DNA of 35,288 bases, from positions 1 through 35,288 of the forward strand of contig NIVC01004775.1 of assembly GCA_002269645.1 (NCBI GenBank), written 5' to 3'. The notes below the pieces were generated by a model that saw nothing but the letters and a program-made list of their open reading frames with translations, searched no databases and was not told the DNA's origin. A program made the translations under genes and the position numbers. This document shows positions 1-10,419 of the stretch, in pieces (positions within the stretch are counted from its first letter, which is position 1; each line of letters begins with the position of its first letter). This stretch comes from Macrostomum lignano. Lineage: Eukaryota.

Positions 1-2073
1 CGACAGTTCATGCTCGTCCGACAGTTAAATTCGACCTTATTCTTGCAGCTAATATCTCGTACTGTTAAAACATTTTATTCTGTACGTTTTAATGTTTAAC
101 AAGAACTGTTAAAGCTTTATATTTTTCATGCACTATTCTGACTTCAGCAGTTAATTTGAAGGTGGAGTGAATTCAAAAATGTTTCTAATATTTTTTATGG
201 TATTTTAGTGTTGAAATTAAAGTCCTCATTAAAGATAAGCTGCATTTTATGATACGTAAATGTGTCCCGAAATAATTGTTTTTTTTATGATTACTAAATA
301 ATAAAAAACAAAATTATTTTGTTTGTAATATTAATTTTCAGCTGAAAAAATGGAAAATCTAGTTGCTGTAAATTTTGTTTTAGTACACTAAAATATCGGT
401 CGGAATATCGATAGGAAATATCGATCGGAATATCGGTCGGTAAATGTTATACACGTACGACCGCACCGCCCTACTCGTTTCAAGTCGTTTGTCTGGCTGT
501 CATGCGTCACATTGCGCTTGCCAATTGTTTGACAGAAATGGTTTTGTGATTTTACCTAAGTGATTTAAAGTGTCGCTTAAAGTGTGGCTAATAAATAAGT
601 TGGCTATATATTAATAAGAAATAACAAAGTAAAGGGTGTTCGAAAAATAATTTATAGCAATAGCCAATAGGTAAATTATTATTATAAACATTTAACCAAT
701 TAATCAATTTTGATGAATCTGTTGGCATTTTTGCCAAAGGATTTGTAATTATCTGAAATAAATACCATTATATATTATTTTAACCTGCTTTAATGTCGTA
801 ATGATATAAAGCCAATGTGTAAAATATTCAAAAGATGAGTTTAAATCCCTATGCTTTCAATGAAAAGCCAAACAAGGTTAAATTCTTGATTGGTTCAACT
901 CATATTCTGATAAAAATTGAGCCACAACTTTTCTCTTTCTATTATATAGGCCTCAACAGAAATACTGTTATATATTGCCTATATACAAAAGAAAAAAGGG
1001 CAATCCTCAAGTTTTGCACATTTAATTATTTTTTCAAAAATAGCAACTTTGTTAGTTACCACCAGTAAATATTTGAACTCGCACAAGTATAAGACATGGT
1101 AGTGAGATGGCAAACATTGATATGTTTATAGGCCTAGTTATTAGGCCTAGTTTGAGATGGCTAAAAGTTATGTCTATGACTCTATGGGCTATGGTGAAAA
1201 CCTGCAATAGCTCCCTATTTTTTAAAAAGGACTGAGGTTGGAGGGACTGGGATTCTGAGGGATTTATTGCCTTGCTTGCTTTCTTGAGCAATCTTGATTA
1301 TTAATCTTGAGTAACAACTCTTTTTTATCATGGCTAGATGCCTTGTAGCACCTACTAGCATAATTCCAATTGCAATGTTCAACCTGCAATGCTGTTGCAA
1401 TTTCTAGGCCTATGGTACATTGCCAACTGTGCAACACCTTTGGCAATAGCAATATACTTTTATATATGGCGCACTACTATGATATCTAATGCAACCAAAT
1501 GTGACAACAAATTTACTAACTATTGTTTAATTTTGTTAAAACTTCATTCAATTTTTTAAGTTGGAAAAATAATTAAGTATGAAACTAGAGGATTGCCAAA
1601 AATGTTCAATGGCTGCATAAATACATTTTGACCTTGGCTGACTGACTGACTGCATAGTCAATTGCTTTTTATAGATTTCTATCTATCCATATATCTACTA
1701 TCTACTTAATGTCTAAGATCTGTTTGTTTGTTTGTAAAATTCTAAAGATTGAACTGATTGACTAGTCTCATTTGTATTTTTGCTAAAAGATCTATAATTA
1801 ACTAGAAAGAAGAGTTTTAGGTTCTGTTACTAGATTATTTAATAGAACTATAGCAATTTAGTAAAATAATTCAATTTAGTAAAAACTATTTATATTAGTA
1901 TGCAGTTCTTTTCTTTATGATATTTTAACCATTTTTAAATTTTCAAGTCATAAACACTAGGCCTATCTCTATTTAAATGGAATATATACGCATAAAAAAC
2001 CATAATCTCCTAGTAAAAGTTAAAGATGATACAAAAAAGTTGGGAATCATTTTGGCTCTAGCCTAGAGCAAGA

Positions 2074-2271
2074 GCCTTGAGTAACACACTTAACTGTGCA
2101 TTGCTTCAGATCACCCAGCTATAAAATTGGCACCAGCATTAGGGGTACTTTAGGGTATATGTAAGACCCCCTAGTCCATGGACTGAACAGCTATATGCAG
2201 CCTTCAGAAGTGCCATAAAAAAGCTACTAGCTGTTGGTTGCACATCTGGCCCAATTTGGGGCAGGTGTAAT
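2074..2271 (+). mobile_element. Degenerate 5'-truncated copy of the tRNA/CORE-type SINE
   Basis: Colinear with 2820-3025 (ccttgag..cacttaact.tgcattgcttcag.tcacccagct.taaaa..caccagcattag...ggactgaacag..gcagccttcag...ggttgcacatctgg...gcaggtgtaat), with its CpG sites mutated. Confidence 0.8.
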
Positions 2272-2471
2272 CAATACTTATATTATTTGGCCCTAGTCTA
2301 TTTCATTGTTCAAGTTGAATTAATTATGAGGCTTTAAAGATGCCTAGAAATGCTAAAATACTTATCATTCATGTCTAAGTAATATTATTTCCATTCTAAA
2401 AAATGAATGTTACACGTTGGGATATACTTCTGCAGTTTTTATTTCACATCAAGAATAGAAGTGCAAACACA

Positions 2472-2669
2472 ATGCTAGTTGACGAGGCAGAGCTCAAGCG
2501 TCTAGCGCCCAGCATTGATGAAGCCAAGCGTACGGCCTATGCCAGCCTGGCATTCCTGCTGTTTGGCCTGCTGTTTGTGCCAGTCTGGTGGCATCTGACA
2601 ACCATTGAGAGACACCCACTGCCAGCTGACGAGATCAGCCGTCTGTATTACCGACAGCCAGAGCTGCAG
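2472..2669 (+). CDS. PIGS: GPI transamidase component PIG-S, coding exon 1 of 5
   Basis: ATG at 2472. Encodes MLVDEAELKR...AFLLFGLLFVPVWWHLTTIERHPLPADEISRL, a TM helix plus the WWxTT..R..LP motif of the PIG-S N-terminus. Donor CAG|GTGAGG at 2670, phase 0. Confidence 0.9.
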
Positions 2670-2737
2670 GTGAGGTTCTCAGATAACTAACTCAGACGCG
2701 TCTGACTCTGGGACCTGTGCTATGAAGCAATAATACA

Positions 2738-3044
2738 GGGGTTGTAGCCTAGTGGTCAGAGCGTCGGACTCACGACTTGAAGGTCGGGGTTCGATTCTTG
2801 ACTCACTCGGAACTATCTGTGTCCTTGAGCAAGACACTTCACTCTGCATTGCTTCAGCTCACCCAGCTGTAAAATGGGTGCCAGCATTAGCTGGGGTAAT
2901 TGAGGCTGTGTGTGGCGACCCCCAGTCCTTGGACTGAACAGCCGTACGCAGCCTTCAGATGCGCCGCGCAATAGCTGCGGCTGAGCTGTCGGTTGCACAT
3001 CTGGCTCAATTGCGGCAGGTGTAATAAGTTATTATAATTATTAT
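2738..3044 (+). mobile_element. tRNA-derived SINE with CORE-like central domain, in PIGS intron 1
   Basis: Pol III A box TAGCCTAGTGG and B box GGTTCGATTC. Followed by GTGTCCTTGAGCAAGACACTTCAC...CAGCTGTAAAATGGG, resembling the MIR/CORE conserved block, and a (TTA/TAA) tail. Three copies occur in the window. Confidence 0.85.
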
Positions 3045-3238
3045 CAAGCAAGGTTCAAATTCAAGTGTTCAGGAGATTTTTGAAAGAGTCTAGGGGTGCA
3101 ACAGTCAAGAGTGAGCGTGCTAACAAGCTAGTACCTGCCAGTACACCCTGTGTGAGCGTGTGTATGAGTGCAATCGGCAGAACTACCAGGAAACTACATG
3201 GAAATAGTCACCGTATCCACACCTTCCACTGATTGAAG

Positions 3239-3582
3239 GTGGACCTGCGCGTTCTGAGCTTCGATCCGTGGCTTGAGCCCGGCGACTTGGCCAGCCTGGA
3301 GCGGCAGCTGCTGGACCGCCTGGTGCCAGCCGGGCTGGACAGGCGGCGTCACGTGCAGCTGCGCTACAGAGCGACTGTCAGGCCGGCCACTCCGCACGAG
3401 ACCGAACTGATGCGGTCTGCAGGCTCGGCTGCCGAGCTTGAAGACGGCCTGCTTCGATCGGCGTCTCCCAGCAGTGGTGGCGGCGGGGCTGCGTCTGCGG
3501 AATCGATGCTGACGATTTTGCTGCTGCCGAATTCGTCTCGCCTGCTGGAACCGCCGGCTTCCGTGGGGGGCGGCAACGGCAG
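3239..3582 (+). CDS. PIGS: PIG-S exon 2
   Basis: Acceptor AAG| at 3237-3238, open frame VDLRVLSFDP...GGGNG, donor AG|GTGAGT at 3583. Phases (0 in, 2 out) match the neighbouring exons. Confidence 0.8.
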
Positions 3583-3685
3583 GTGAGTTGAGTGAGAGAG
3601 GGAGAGAGCGGAGATCGAGGCATCCATGAAGTGTTCATGAAAATTGCCCTTTTCAGTTATGAAAATTGCTTTTGTTGTTCATATA

Positions 3686-6574
3686 AGAATCGCTTCAATC
3701 CGCTTTGACTCTGAGAATCGCCCGAATCTGCTCGGAGAATCGCCCAAATCCGCTTTGAGAATCGCCCCGATCCAACCGTGAAAATCGCCCCAATCAAATG
3801 GTGAGAATCACCCGATCCGCCCTAAGAATCGCCCATATCCGCCCTGAGAATCGCCCGTATCCGCCCTGAGAATCGCCCATATCCGCCCTGAGAATCGCCC
3901 CAATCCAACCCTGAGAATCGCCCCAATCCAACCCTGAGAATCGCCCCAATCCAACCCTAAGAATCGCCCCAATCAAATGGTGAGAATCGCCCCAATCCAA
4001 CCCTAAGAATCGCCCCAATCAAATGGTGAGAATCGCCCCAATCCAACCCTGAGAATCGCCCAATCCAACCCTGAGAATCGCCTCAATCCAACTCTGAGAA
4101 TCGCCCCAATATAACCGTGAGAATGGCCCTAATCCAACCCTGAAAATCGCCCCAATCCAACCTGAGAATCGCCCAATCCAACCCTGAGAATCGCCCAATC
4201 CAACCCTGAGAATCGCCTCAATCCAACTCTGAGAATCGCCCCAATATAACCGTGAGAATGGCCCTAATCCAACCCTGAAAATCGCCCCAATCCAACCCTG
4301 AGAATCGCCCCAATCCGACACTGAGAATCGCCCCAATCCAAACCTGAGAATCGCCCCAATCCAACCCTGAGAATCGCCTCAATCCAACCCTGAGAATCGC
4401 CCAATCCAACCCTGAGAATCGCCCCAATCCAACTCTGAGAATCGCCCCAATCCAACCCTGAGAATCGCCCCAATCCGACACTGAGAATCGCCCCAATCCA
4501 ACCCTGAGAATCGCCCCAATCCAACCCTGAAAATCGCCCAATCCAACCCTGAGAATCGCCCCAATCCAACCCTGAGAATCGCCCCAATCCAGCCCTGAGA
4601 ATCGCCTCAATCCAACCCTGAGAATCGCCCCAATCCAAACCTGAGAATCGCCCCAATCCAACCCTGAGAATCGCCTCAATCCAACCCTGAGAATCGCCTC
4701 AATCCAACCCTGAGAATCGCCCCAATCCAGCCCTGAGATTGGCTGAGAATCGCCCCAATCCAGCCCTGAGAATCGCCTCAATCCAACCCTGAGAATCGCC
4801 CCAATCCAACCCTGAGAATCGCCCCAATCCAACCCTGAGAATCGCCCCAATCCAACCCTAAGAATCGCCCCAATCAAATGGTGAGAATCGCCCCAATCCA
4901 ACCCTGAGAATCGCCCCAATCCAAGCCTGAGAATCGCCCCAATCCAACCCTGAGAATCGCCTCAATCCAACCCTGAGAATCGCCCCAATCCAAGCCTGAG
5001 AATCGCCCCAATCCAACCCTGAGAATCGCCTCAATCCAACCCTGAGAATCGCCCCAATCCAAGCCTGAGAATCGCCCCAATCCAACCCTGAGAATCGCCT
5101 CTATCCAACCCTGAGAATCGCCCCAATCCAAGCCTGAGAATCGCCCCAATCCAACCCTGAGAATCGCCTCAATCCAACCCTGAGAATCGCCCCAATCCAA
5201 CCCTGAGAATCGCCCCAATCCAACCCTGAGAATCGCCCCAATCCAACCCTAAGAATCGCCCCAATCAAATGGTGAGAATCGCCCCAATCCAACCCTAAGA
5301 ATCGCCCCAATCAAATGGTGAGAATCGCCCCAATCCAACCCTGAGAATCGCCCAATCCAACCCTGAGAATCGCCCAATCCAACCCTGAGAATCGCCTCAA
5401 TCCAACTCTGAGAATCGCCCCAATATAACCGTGAGAATGGCCCTAATCCAACCCTGAAAATCGCCCCAATCCAACCTGAGAATCGCCCAATCCAACCCTG
5501 AGAATCGCCCAATCCAACCCTGAGAATCGCCTCAATCCAACTCTGAGAATCGCCCCAATATAACCGTGAGAATGGCCCTAATCCAACCCTGAAAATCGCC
5601 CCAATCCAACCCTGAGAATCGCCCCAATCCGACACTGAGAATCGCCCCAATCCAAACCTGAGAATCGCCCCAATCCAACCCTGAGAATCGCCTCAATCCA
5701 ACCCTGAGAATCGCCCAATCCAACCCTGAGAATCGCCCCAATCCAACTCTGAGAATCGCCCCAATCCAACCCTGAGAATCGCCCCAATCCGACACTGAGA
5801 ATCGCCCCAATCCAACCCTGAGAATCGCCCCAATCCAACCCTGAAAATCGCCCAATCCAACCCTGAGAATCGCCCCAATCCAACCCTGAGAATCGCCCCA
5901 ATCCAGCCCTGAGAATCGCCTCAATCCAACCCTGAGAATCGCCCCAATCCAAACCTGAGAATCGCCCCAATCCAACCCTGAGAATCGCCTCAATCCAACC
6001 CTGAGAATCGCCTCAATCCAACCCTGAGAATCGCCCCAATCCAGCCCTGAGATTGGCTGAGAATCGCCCCAATCCAGCCCTGAGAATCGCCTCAATCCAA
6101 CCCTGAGAATCGCCCCAATCCAACCCTGAGAATCGCCCCAATCCAACCCTGAGAATCGCCCCAATCCAACCCTAAGAATCGCCCCAATCAAATGGTGAGA
6201 ATCGCCCCAATCCAACCCTGAGAATCGCCCCAATCCAAGCCTGAGAATCGCCCCAATCCAACCCTGAGAATCGCCTCAATCCAACCCTGAGAATCGCCCC
6301 AATCCAAGCCTGAGAATCGCCCCAATCCAACCCTGAGAATCGCCTCAATCCAACCCTGAGAATCGCCCCAATCCAAGCCTGAGAATCGCCCCAATCCAAC
6401 CCTGAGAATCGCCTCTATCCAACCCTGAGAATCGCCCCAATCCAAGCCTGAGAATCGCCCCAATCCAACCCTGAGAATCGCCTCAATCCAACCTTGAGAA
6501 TCGCCCCAATCCAACCCTGAGAATCGCCCCAATCCAACCCTGAGAATCGCCTCAATCCAGCCCTGAGAATCGCC
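3686..6574. repeat. 23-bp tandem satellite (GAGAATCGCCCCAATCCAACCCT)n filling PIGS intron 2
   Basis: More than 100 directly visible units with variants; higher-order period of 1314 bp. Confidence 0.97.
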
Positions 6575-6578
6575 ACAG

Positions 6579-6980
6579 GCCTCATGTCACATCAAACAGA
6601 CGCGGCTACGTTCGCGAGTCTGGCTGCGTCTACCTGAGCAGCGGCGCTGGCATCAAGGAGATTCGCGACAAAATCGAGCGAATCGTCACCCGAGTCCTAC
6701 TGGACGTCGACGGCCTGGAAGAATCCTACGCCAGCGCTATTGGCGACCAGCGACTGTCCAGCGCCGATTCGCGCCGCCAGGCGGGCGCTGCGCCGGCCTA
6801 CGACATCGTGCTGAGCCTGGCGCACAGCCAGCCTTCGAGCCAGCGCCGGCTGAGCTGGGACGTGCAGGAAGCCGTCAGGCTGCTGCTGGACCCGTTTCTG
6901 GCTCGACTGAGTCGCTACGTGAACTTGTCGGTTCGATCCCAGATCGTGCATCACGTGACCTTCCATCGACCACCTAAGAG
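6579..6980 (+). CDS. PIGS: PIG-S exon 3
   Basis: Acceptor CAG| at 6576-6578 directly after the satellite. Encodes AYDIVLSL...LSWDVQEAVRLLLDPFLARLSRYVNLSVRSQIVHH, matching the PIG-S WDIEGAVRRYVQPFL..NFSVDSQILYY region. Donor AG|GT at 6981. An alternative in-frame acceptor exists at 6559-6560. Confidence 0.88.
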
Positions 6981-7030
6981 GTTCGCTTTGCTGTTTATTG
7001 ATGAGAGAAGTAAAGTAATAGTGTCTATTT

Positions 7031-7436
7031 GATGAGATAAGTGGAGAGTGAGACTCTCACTAATGAGATAAGTGGAGAGTGAGAGTCTCACTAATGAGAT
7101 TAAGTGGTGAGTGAGAGTCTCACAAATGAGATAAGTGGAGAGTGAGAGTCTCACTAATGAGATAAGTGGAGAGTGAGAGTCTCACTAATGAGATTAAGTG
7201 GAGAGTGAGAGTCTCACTAATGAGATAAGTGGAGAGTGAGAGTCTCACTAATGAGATTAAGTGGAGAGTGAGAGTCTCACTAATGAGATAAGTGGAGAGT
7301 GAGAGTCTCACTAATGAGATAAGTGGAGAGTGAGAGTCTCACTAATGAGATTAAGTGGAGAGTGAGAGTCTCACTAATGAGATAAGTGGAGAGTGAGAGT
7401 CTCACTAATGAGATAAGTGGAGAGTGAGAGTCTCAC
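7031..7436. repeat. 31/32-bp minisatellite (GTGGAGAGTGAGAGTCTCACTAATGAGAT[T]AA)n in PIGS intron 3
   Basis: Tandem units visible. 31- and 32-bp units largely alternate to give a 63-bp dimer; each unit has an internal palindrome AGTGAGA-G-TCTCACT. Confidence 0.95.
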
Positions 7437-7493
7437 GAGAGCCCTTAAGACTCTTCAATCATTGTCGTCAGCATCCCTGTCTCGATCGCCCAG

Positions 7494-7875
7494 ATCCTCA
7501 GACGGCAGCCACTACTATTACGATGAGTCAGCTCTGCCAGACTTACTAAACAGCCTGGAGCCCTACGTCCAGACAGCCGTGAGTTCGAATCCACAGCTCA
7601 GCCTGCTAATCTACGTGCCACCAGCCGCGCATTCACCGCTGCGACTCTACGGACCCGACGGTCGGCCTGTCAGCGTCAACGCTCTGGTGAGCGCCCGCTG
7701 GGGCGGCGTGTACTTTTATAATCCGCCGTCTGGCGAGAGCTGGCCCAACGGTCGGCACCGGGTCAACATGACCGAGGCGATGGCGGGCCTGCTGCCGCAG
7801 CTAAAAGCTCTTCTGGGACTGCGCAGACAGCTGCCAAGGATTTACCTGCCTTTGGAGCCGCCAGGATACAGTCAG
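7494..7875 (+). CDS. PIGS: PIG-S exon 4
   Basis: Acceptor CCCAG| at 7493. Encodes LPDLLNSLE..LSLLIYVPPAAHSPLRLY..NALVSARWGGVYFYN, matching the PIG-S LYVP..HSPL..NAF.SPRWGGI..YN motif. Donor CAG|GTGAGG at 7876. Confidence 0.92.
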
Positions 7876-7924
7876 GTGAGGGTGCTCTGTTGCTGGCCTG
7901 GGTGTATTGTAGATTGCTTTGAGC

Positions 7925-8372
7925 AGATTGAAGGTTAGCTTGACCAGATTGTATATTGGTTTGACCAGATTAAAGATTACTTTGACCAGATTTTTGGTCT
8001 GACCAGATTGAATTTGCTCTGACCAGATTGTAGATTGTTTTGACCAAATTGAAGATTGCTTTGAACATATTGAAGGTTGGCTTGACCAGATTGTAGATTG
8101 GTTAGACCAATTGTAGATTGGTTTCAGCAGATTGTAGATTGGTTAGACCAGATTGTAGATTGGTTTCAGCAGATTGTAGATTGGTTAGACCAGATTGTAG
8201 ATTACTTTGGCCAGAATGAAGCTTGCTCTGACCAGATTGTAGATTGGTTAGACCAGATTGTAGATTACTTTGACCAGATTGAAGCTTGCTATGACCAGAT
8301 TGTAGATTGGTTTGAGCAGATTGAAGCTTGCTATGACCAGATTGTAGATTGGTTTGAGCAGATTGTAGGTTA
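7925..8372. repeat. About 21-bp minisatellite (GACCAGATTGTAGATTGGTTA-like) in PIGS intron 4
   Basis: Repeated GACCAGATTG(T/A)AGATTG units. Confidence 0.9.
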
Positions 8373-8445
8373 ATTTCAATCGATATTATTTTTTTTCACA
8401 AAATTTGTTTGACCGAAGTGCAAATTGGTTTGACCAAATCTTCAG

Positions 8446-8862
8446 GTAACTCAATTGGAGCTCCGCCACTGGCTCCGCCGGCGCAGTCTGGAGAGCGCGG
8501 CGCGGACCAAGCTGGCCCTGCGCTCGCTGCTGCAGCTGCTGGACCGAGTGGAAAATATGGTTATTAGCGAGCGAGTTGCCGACCAGATTAGCGCCTCGGT
8601 TGGCGCCCTCAGTCTGGCGCTGGATAATCTGAGGATCGGCGGCCTAACTGAGGCTTTCGTGGCGGGCAAAGCGGCTTTGAAAAATTCTGAATCGGCCTTC
8701 TTCGATCACAGCTTGCTGCAGCTGCTGTACTTTCCTCAGGACCAGAAGTACGCCATCTATGTGCCCTACTTTCTGCCTGTCGGCATCTCCCTGATGGCAT
8801 CTGGCCTGGCCGCTATCCGCCTGCTGAAGGCGCTGCAGGCCAAGAAGACCAAAGACGAATAG
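8446..8862 (+). CDS. PIGS: PIG-S exon 5 (terminal)
   Basis: Acceptor TTCAG| at 8445. Encodes SESAFFDHSLLQLLYFPQDQKYAIYVPYFLPV, the PIG-S signature AFFDPSLL.LLYFPDDQK.AIY.P.FLP, then a C-terminal TM and KKTKDE*. The five exons sum to 1743 nt (580 aa plus stop) with consistent phases. Confidence 0.95.
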   Translation, partial: VTQLELRHWLRRRSLESAARTKLALRSLLQLLDRVENMVISERVADQISASVGALSLALDNLRIGGLTEAFVAGKAALKNSESAFFDHSLLQLLYFPQDQKYAIYVPYFLPVGISLMASGLAAIRLLKALQAKKTKDE

Positions 8863-8865
8863 CGG

Positions 8866-9165
8866 AATAGGGGTGGGTGGAATGGTAGAGTGGTTGGGTA
8901 GAGTGGGTGAAATGGCAGAGTGGTTGGGTAGATCGGGGCCGGGGGTGGGTGAAATGGTAGAATGGGGTGGAATGGTAGGGTGTATGGAATGGTAGAGTGG
9001 GGTGGAATGATAGAGTGGGGGTGGATTGGTAGAGTGGGGTGGAATGGTAGAGTGGGGGTGGAATGGTAGAGGGGGTGGAATGGTAGAGTGGTTGAGTAGA
9101 GTCGGGATGGACTGGTAGTGGTTGGGTAGAGTGGGGAAGTGAGGGAGTTGATTGGAATGGGGATT
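8866..9165. repeat. Purine-rich GGAATGGTAGAGTGG-type minisatellite immediately after the PIGS stop codon
   Basis: Repeated ggaatggtagagtgg(g/t) units. Confidence 0.85.
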
Positions 9166-10049
9166 TATTGAAGTGCTGTCACAGCTCCTGAATGTAAGGA
9201 ATGTAAGGATGTGGAACATCACATCATCATTCGGCTATATTGTTTTCTTGGAACTGTTTTCCTTCTACTAAACTTTGCTGTCTGCTGTGTACAGTTCTCT
9301 ATGACTTTGCCTTTCCCTACTTACCTGTTTTTGTAACCAAAGTGTTTAAATAATCTGTTAAACTGCGAACTGACTACTATTAGTAAAATACTGTTGCTGA
9401 AAATACTCTATACACTCTTCTTCGTGCCAATGATTAGCTTCTAATTTGGTTCACGATTGCAATTTAGGCATTAGTGTTTTCTAATTTTTTCTTATTATAG
9501 TGTAGTCCTCTCTGGCATTTTTATTGCTTCTTGTTAGCCAGTTCACTTGTTGAGATACAATGTAAGGATTACCGGTTAATTACCTGTTAATTAACCTGCC
9601 AAGTATGAATTTTAAGCTTGAGTTTTTTATTAATTTTAAATATTTGCTTCATAAGATTGCATGTCACAGGTTGTGTGCATATACAAGCGACGTGTAAATT
9701 AGGCAATAGACACCAGGGTCCTGTTGACTGTGCTCAAAAGACCACAAGTGGAGGAAAGGCTACTCAGGGTACTCATACCTACCACAGATACTAGGGACTT
9801 ACTGCTACTAAGCATTGCAGCAGTTTCATCTGCGGATTCCAGTTGCTGTGGTACCTATGAAAGGACACAGGTACGTGTAAGAATCATCCCTAACTAAGCG
9901 ACTCTAAGAGGTCCGTGGCCCCTGCTCAGCCCTGTGAGCAAGTGGAATAGGAAGTAGGGAGGAACCCGAGACAACCTGGCCAAGAGGAATTGGGAGCAAC
10001 CAACCGCCACTGCCACTCAATGCAAAGCAACAATGGAACGAAAGGGCCA

Positions 10050-10352
10050 CACAGCTATCTTGAAGACCAGTTAAGTGACAAAAAAATTGCCCAAAAAACG
10101 GGTTGTGTTTTCAAAAACAATGCACCACTAGAAGTTTCTATATAAATTTTCAAAATGATTTTGCGAGATATTTTTATTTTATTGCATGTTTTTACTTTTA
10201 CAATGATTTCTGTGCTGAAATTATAGCATCTGTGGTCTGGTAGTTAAGGGTTACTTGTATAATGTATAGCATACGTATAATTTTTGATCAAACATATCAA
10301 TACATAAATTAGTAAACTTCATTAAATGAAAAATGGTGAATAATATTAGACT
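10050..10352 (+). repeat. Left inverted terminal repeat (303 bp)
   Basis: Reverse complement of 11654-11956, with about 6 mismatches counted by eye. Confidence 0.93.
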
Positions 10353-10419
10353 TTCAATAACATTTTGATAGAAAATCACCTTTACCTTTAAAAATAGTTA
10401 TCAACTAAAAGCAACTTGT

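Noticed and set aside
1-62. Possible minus-strand exon (TTTTAACAG| then RDISCKNKVEFNCRTSMNC)
   Set aside because: Too short and cut by the window edge to support a call.
835-1452. Short ORFs in the AT-rich, CpG-depleted region
   Set aside because: No recognisable motifs, splice context or codon bias comparable to the real exons; possibly decayed repeat.
2738-2810. tRNA gene
   Set aside because: A and B boxes are present but there is no complete cloverleaf, and the sequence continues into a SINE body found three times in the window.
3794-6532. Many long minus-strand ORFs (MGRFSGLDWGDSQGWIGAILRV...)
   Set aside because: These are translations of the stop-poor 23-bp satellite inside PIGS intron 2; the same applies to ORFs over the other mini- and microsatellites.
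3686-6574. CRISPR-like appearance of the repeat arrays
   Set aside because: The units are contiguous with no unique spacers, there are no cas genes, and the context is eukaryotic and intron-containing.
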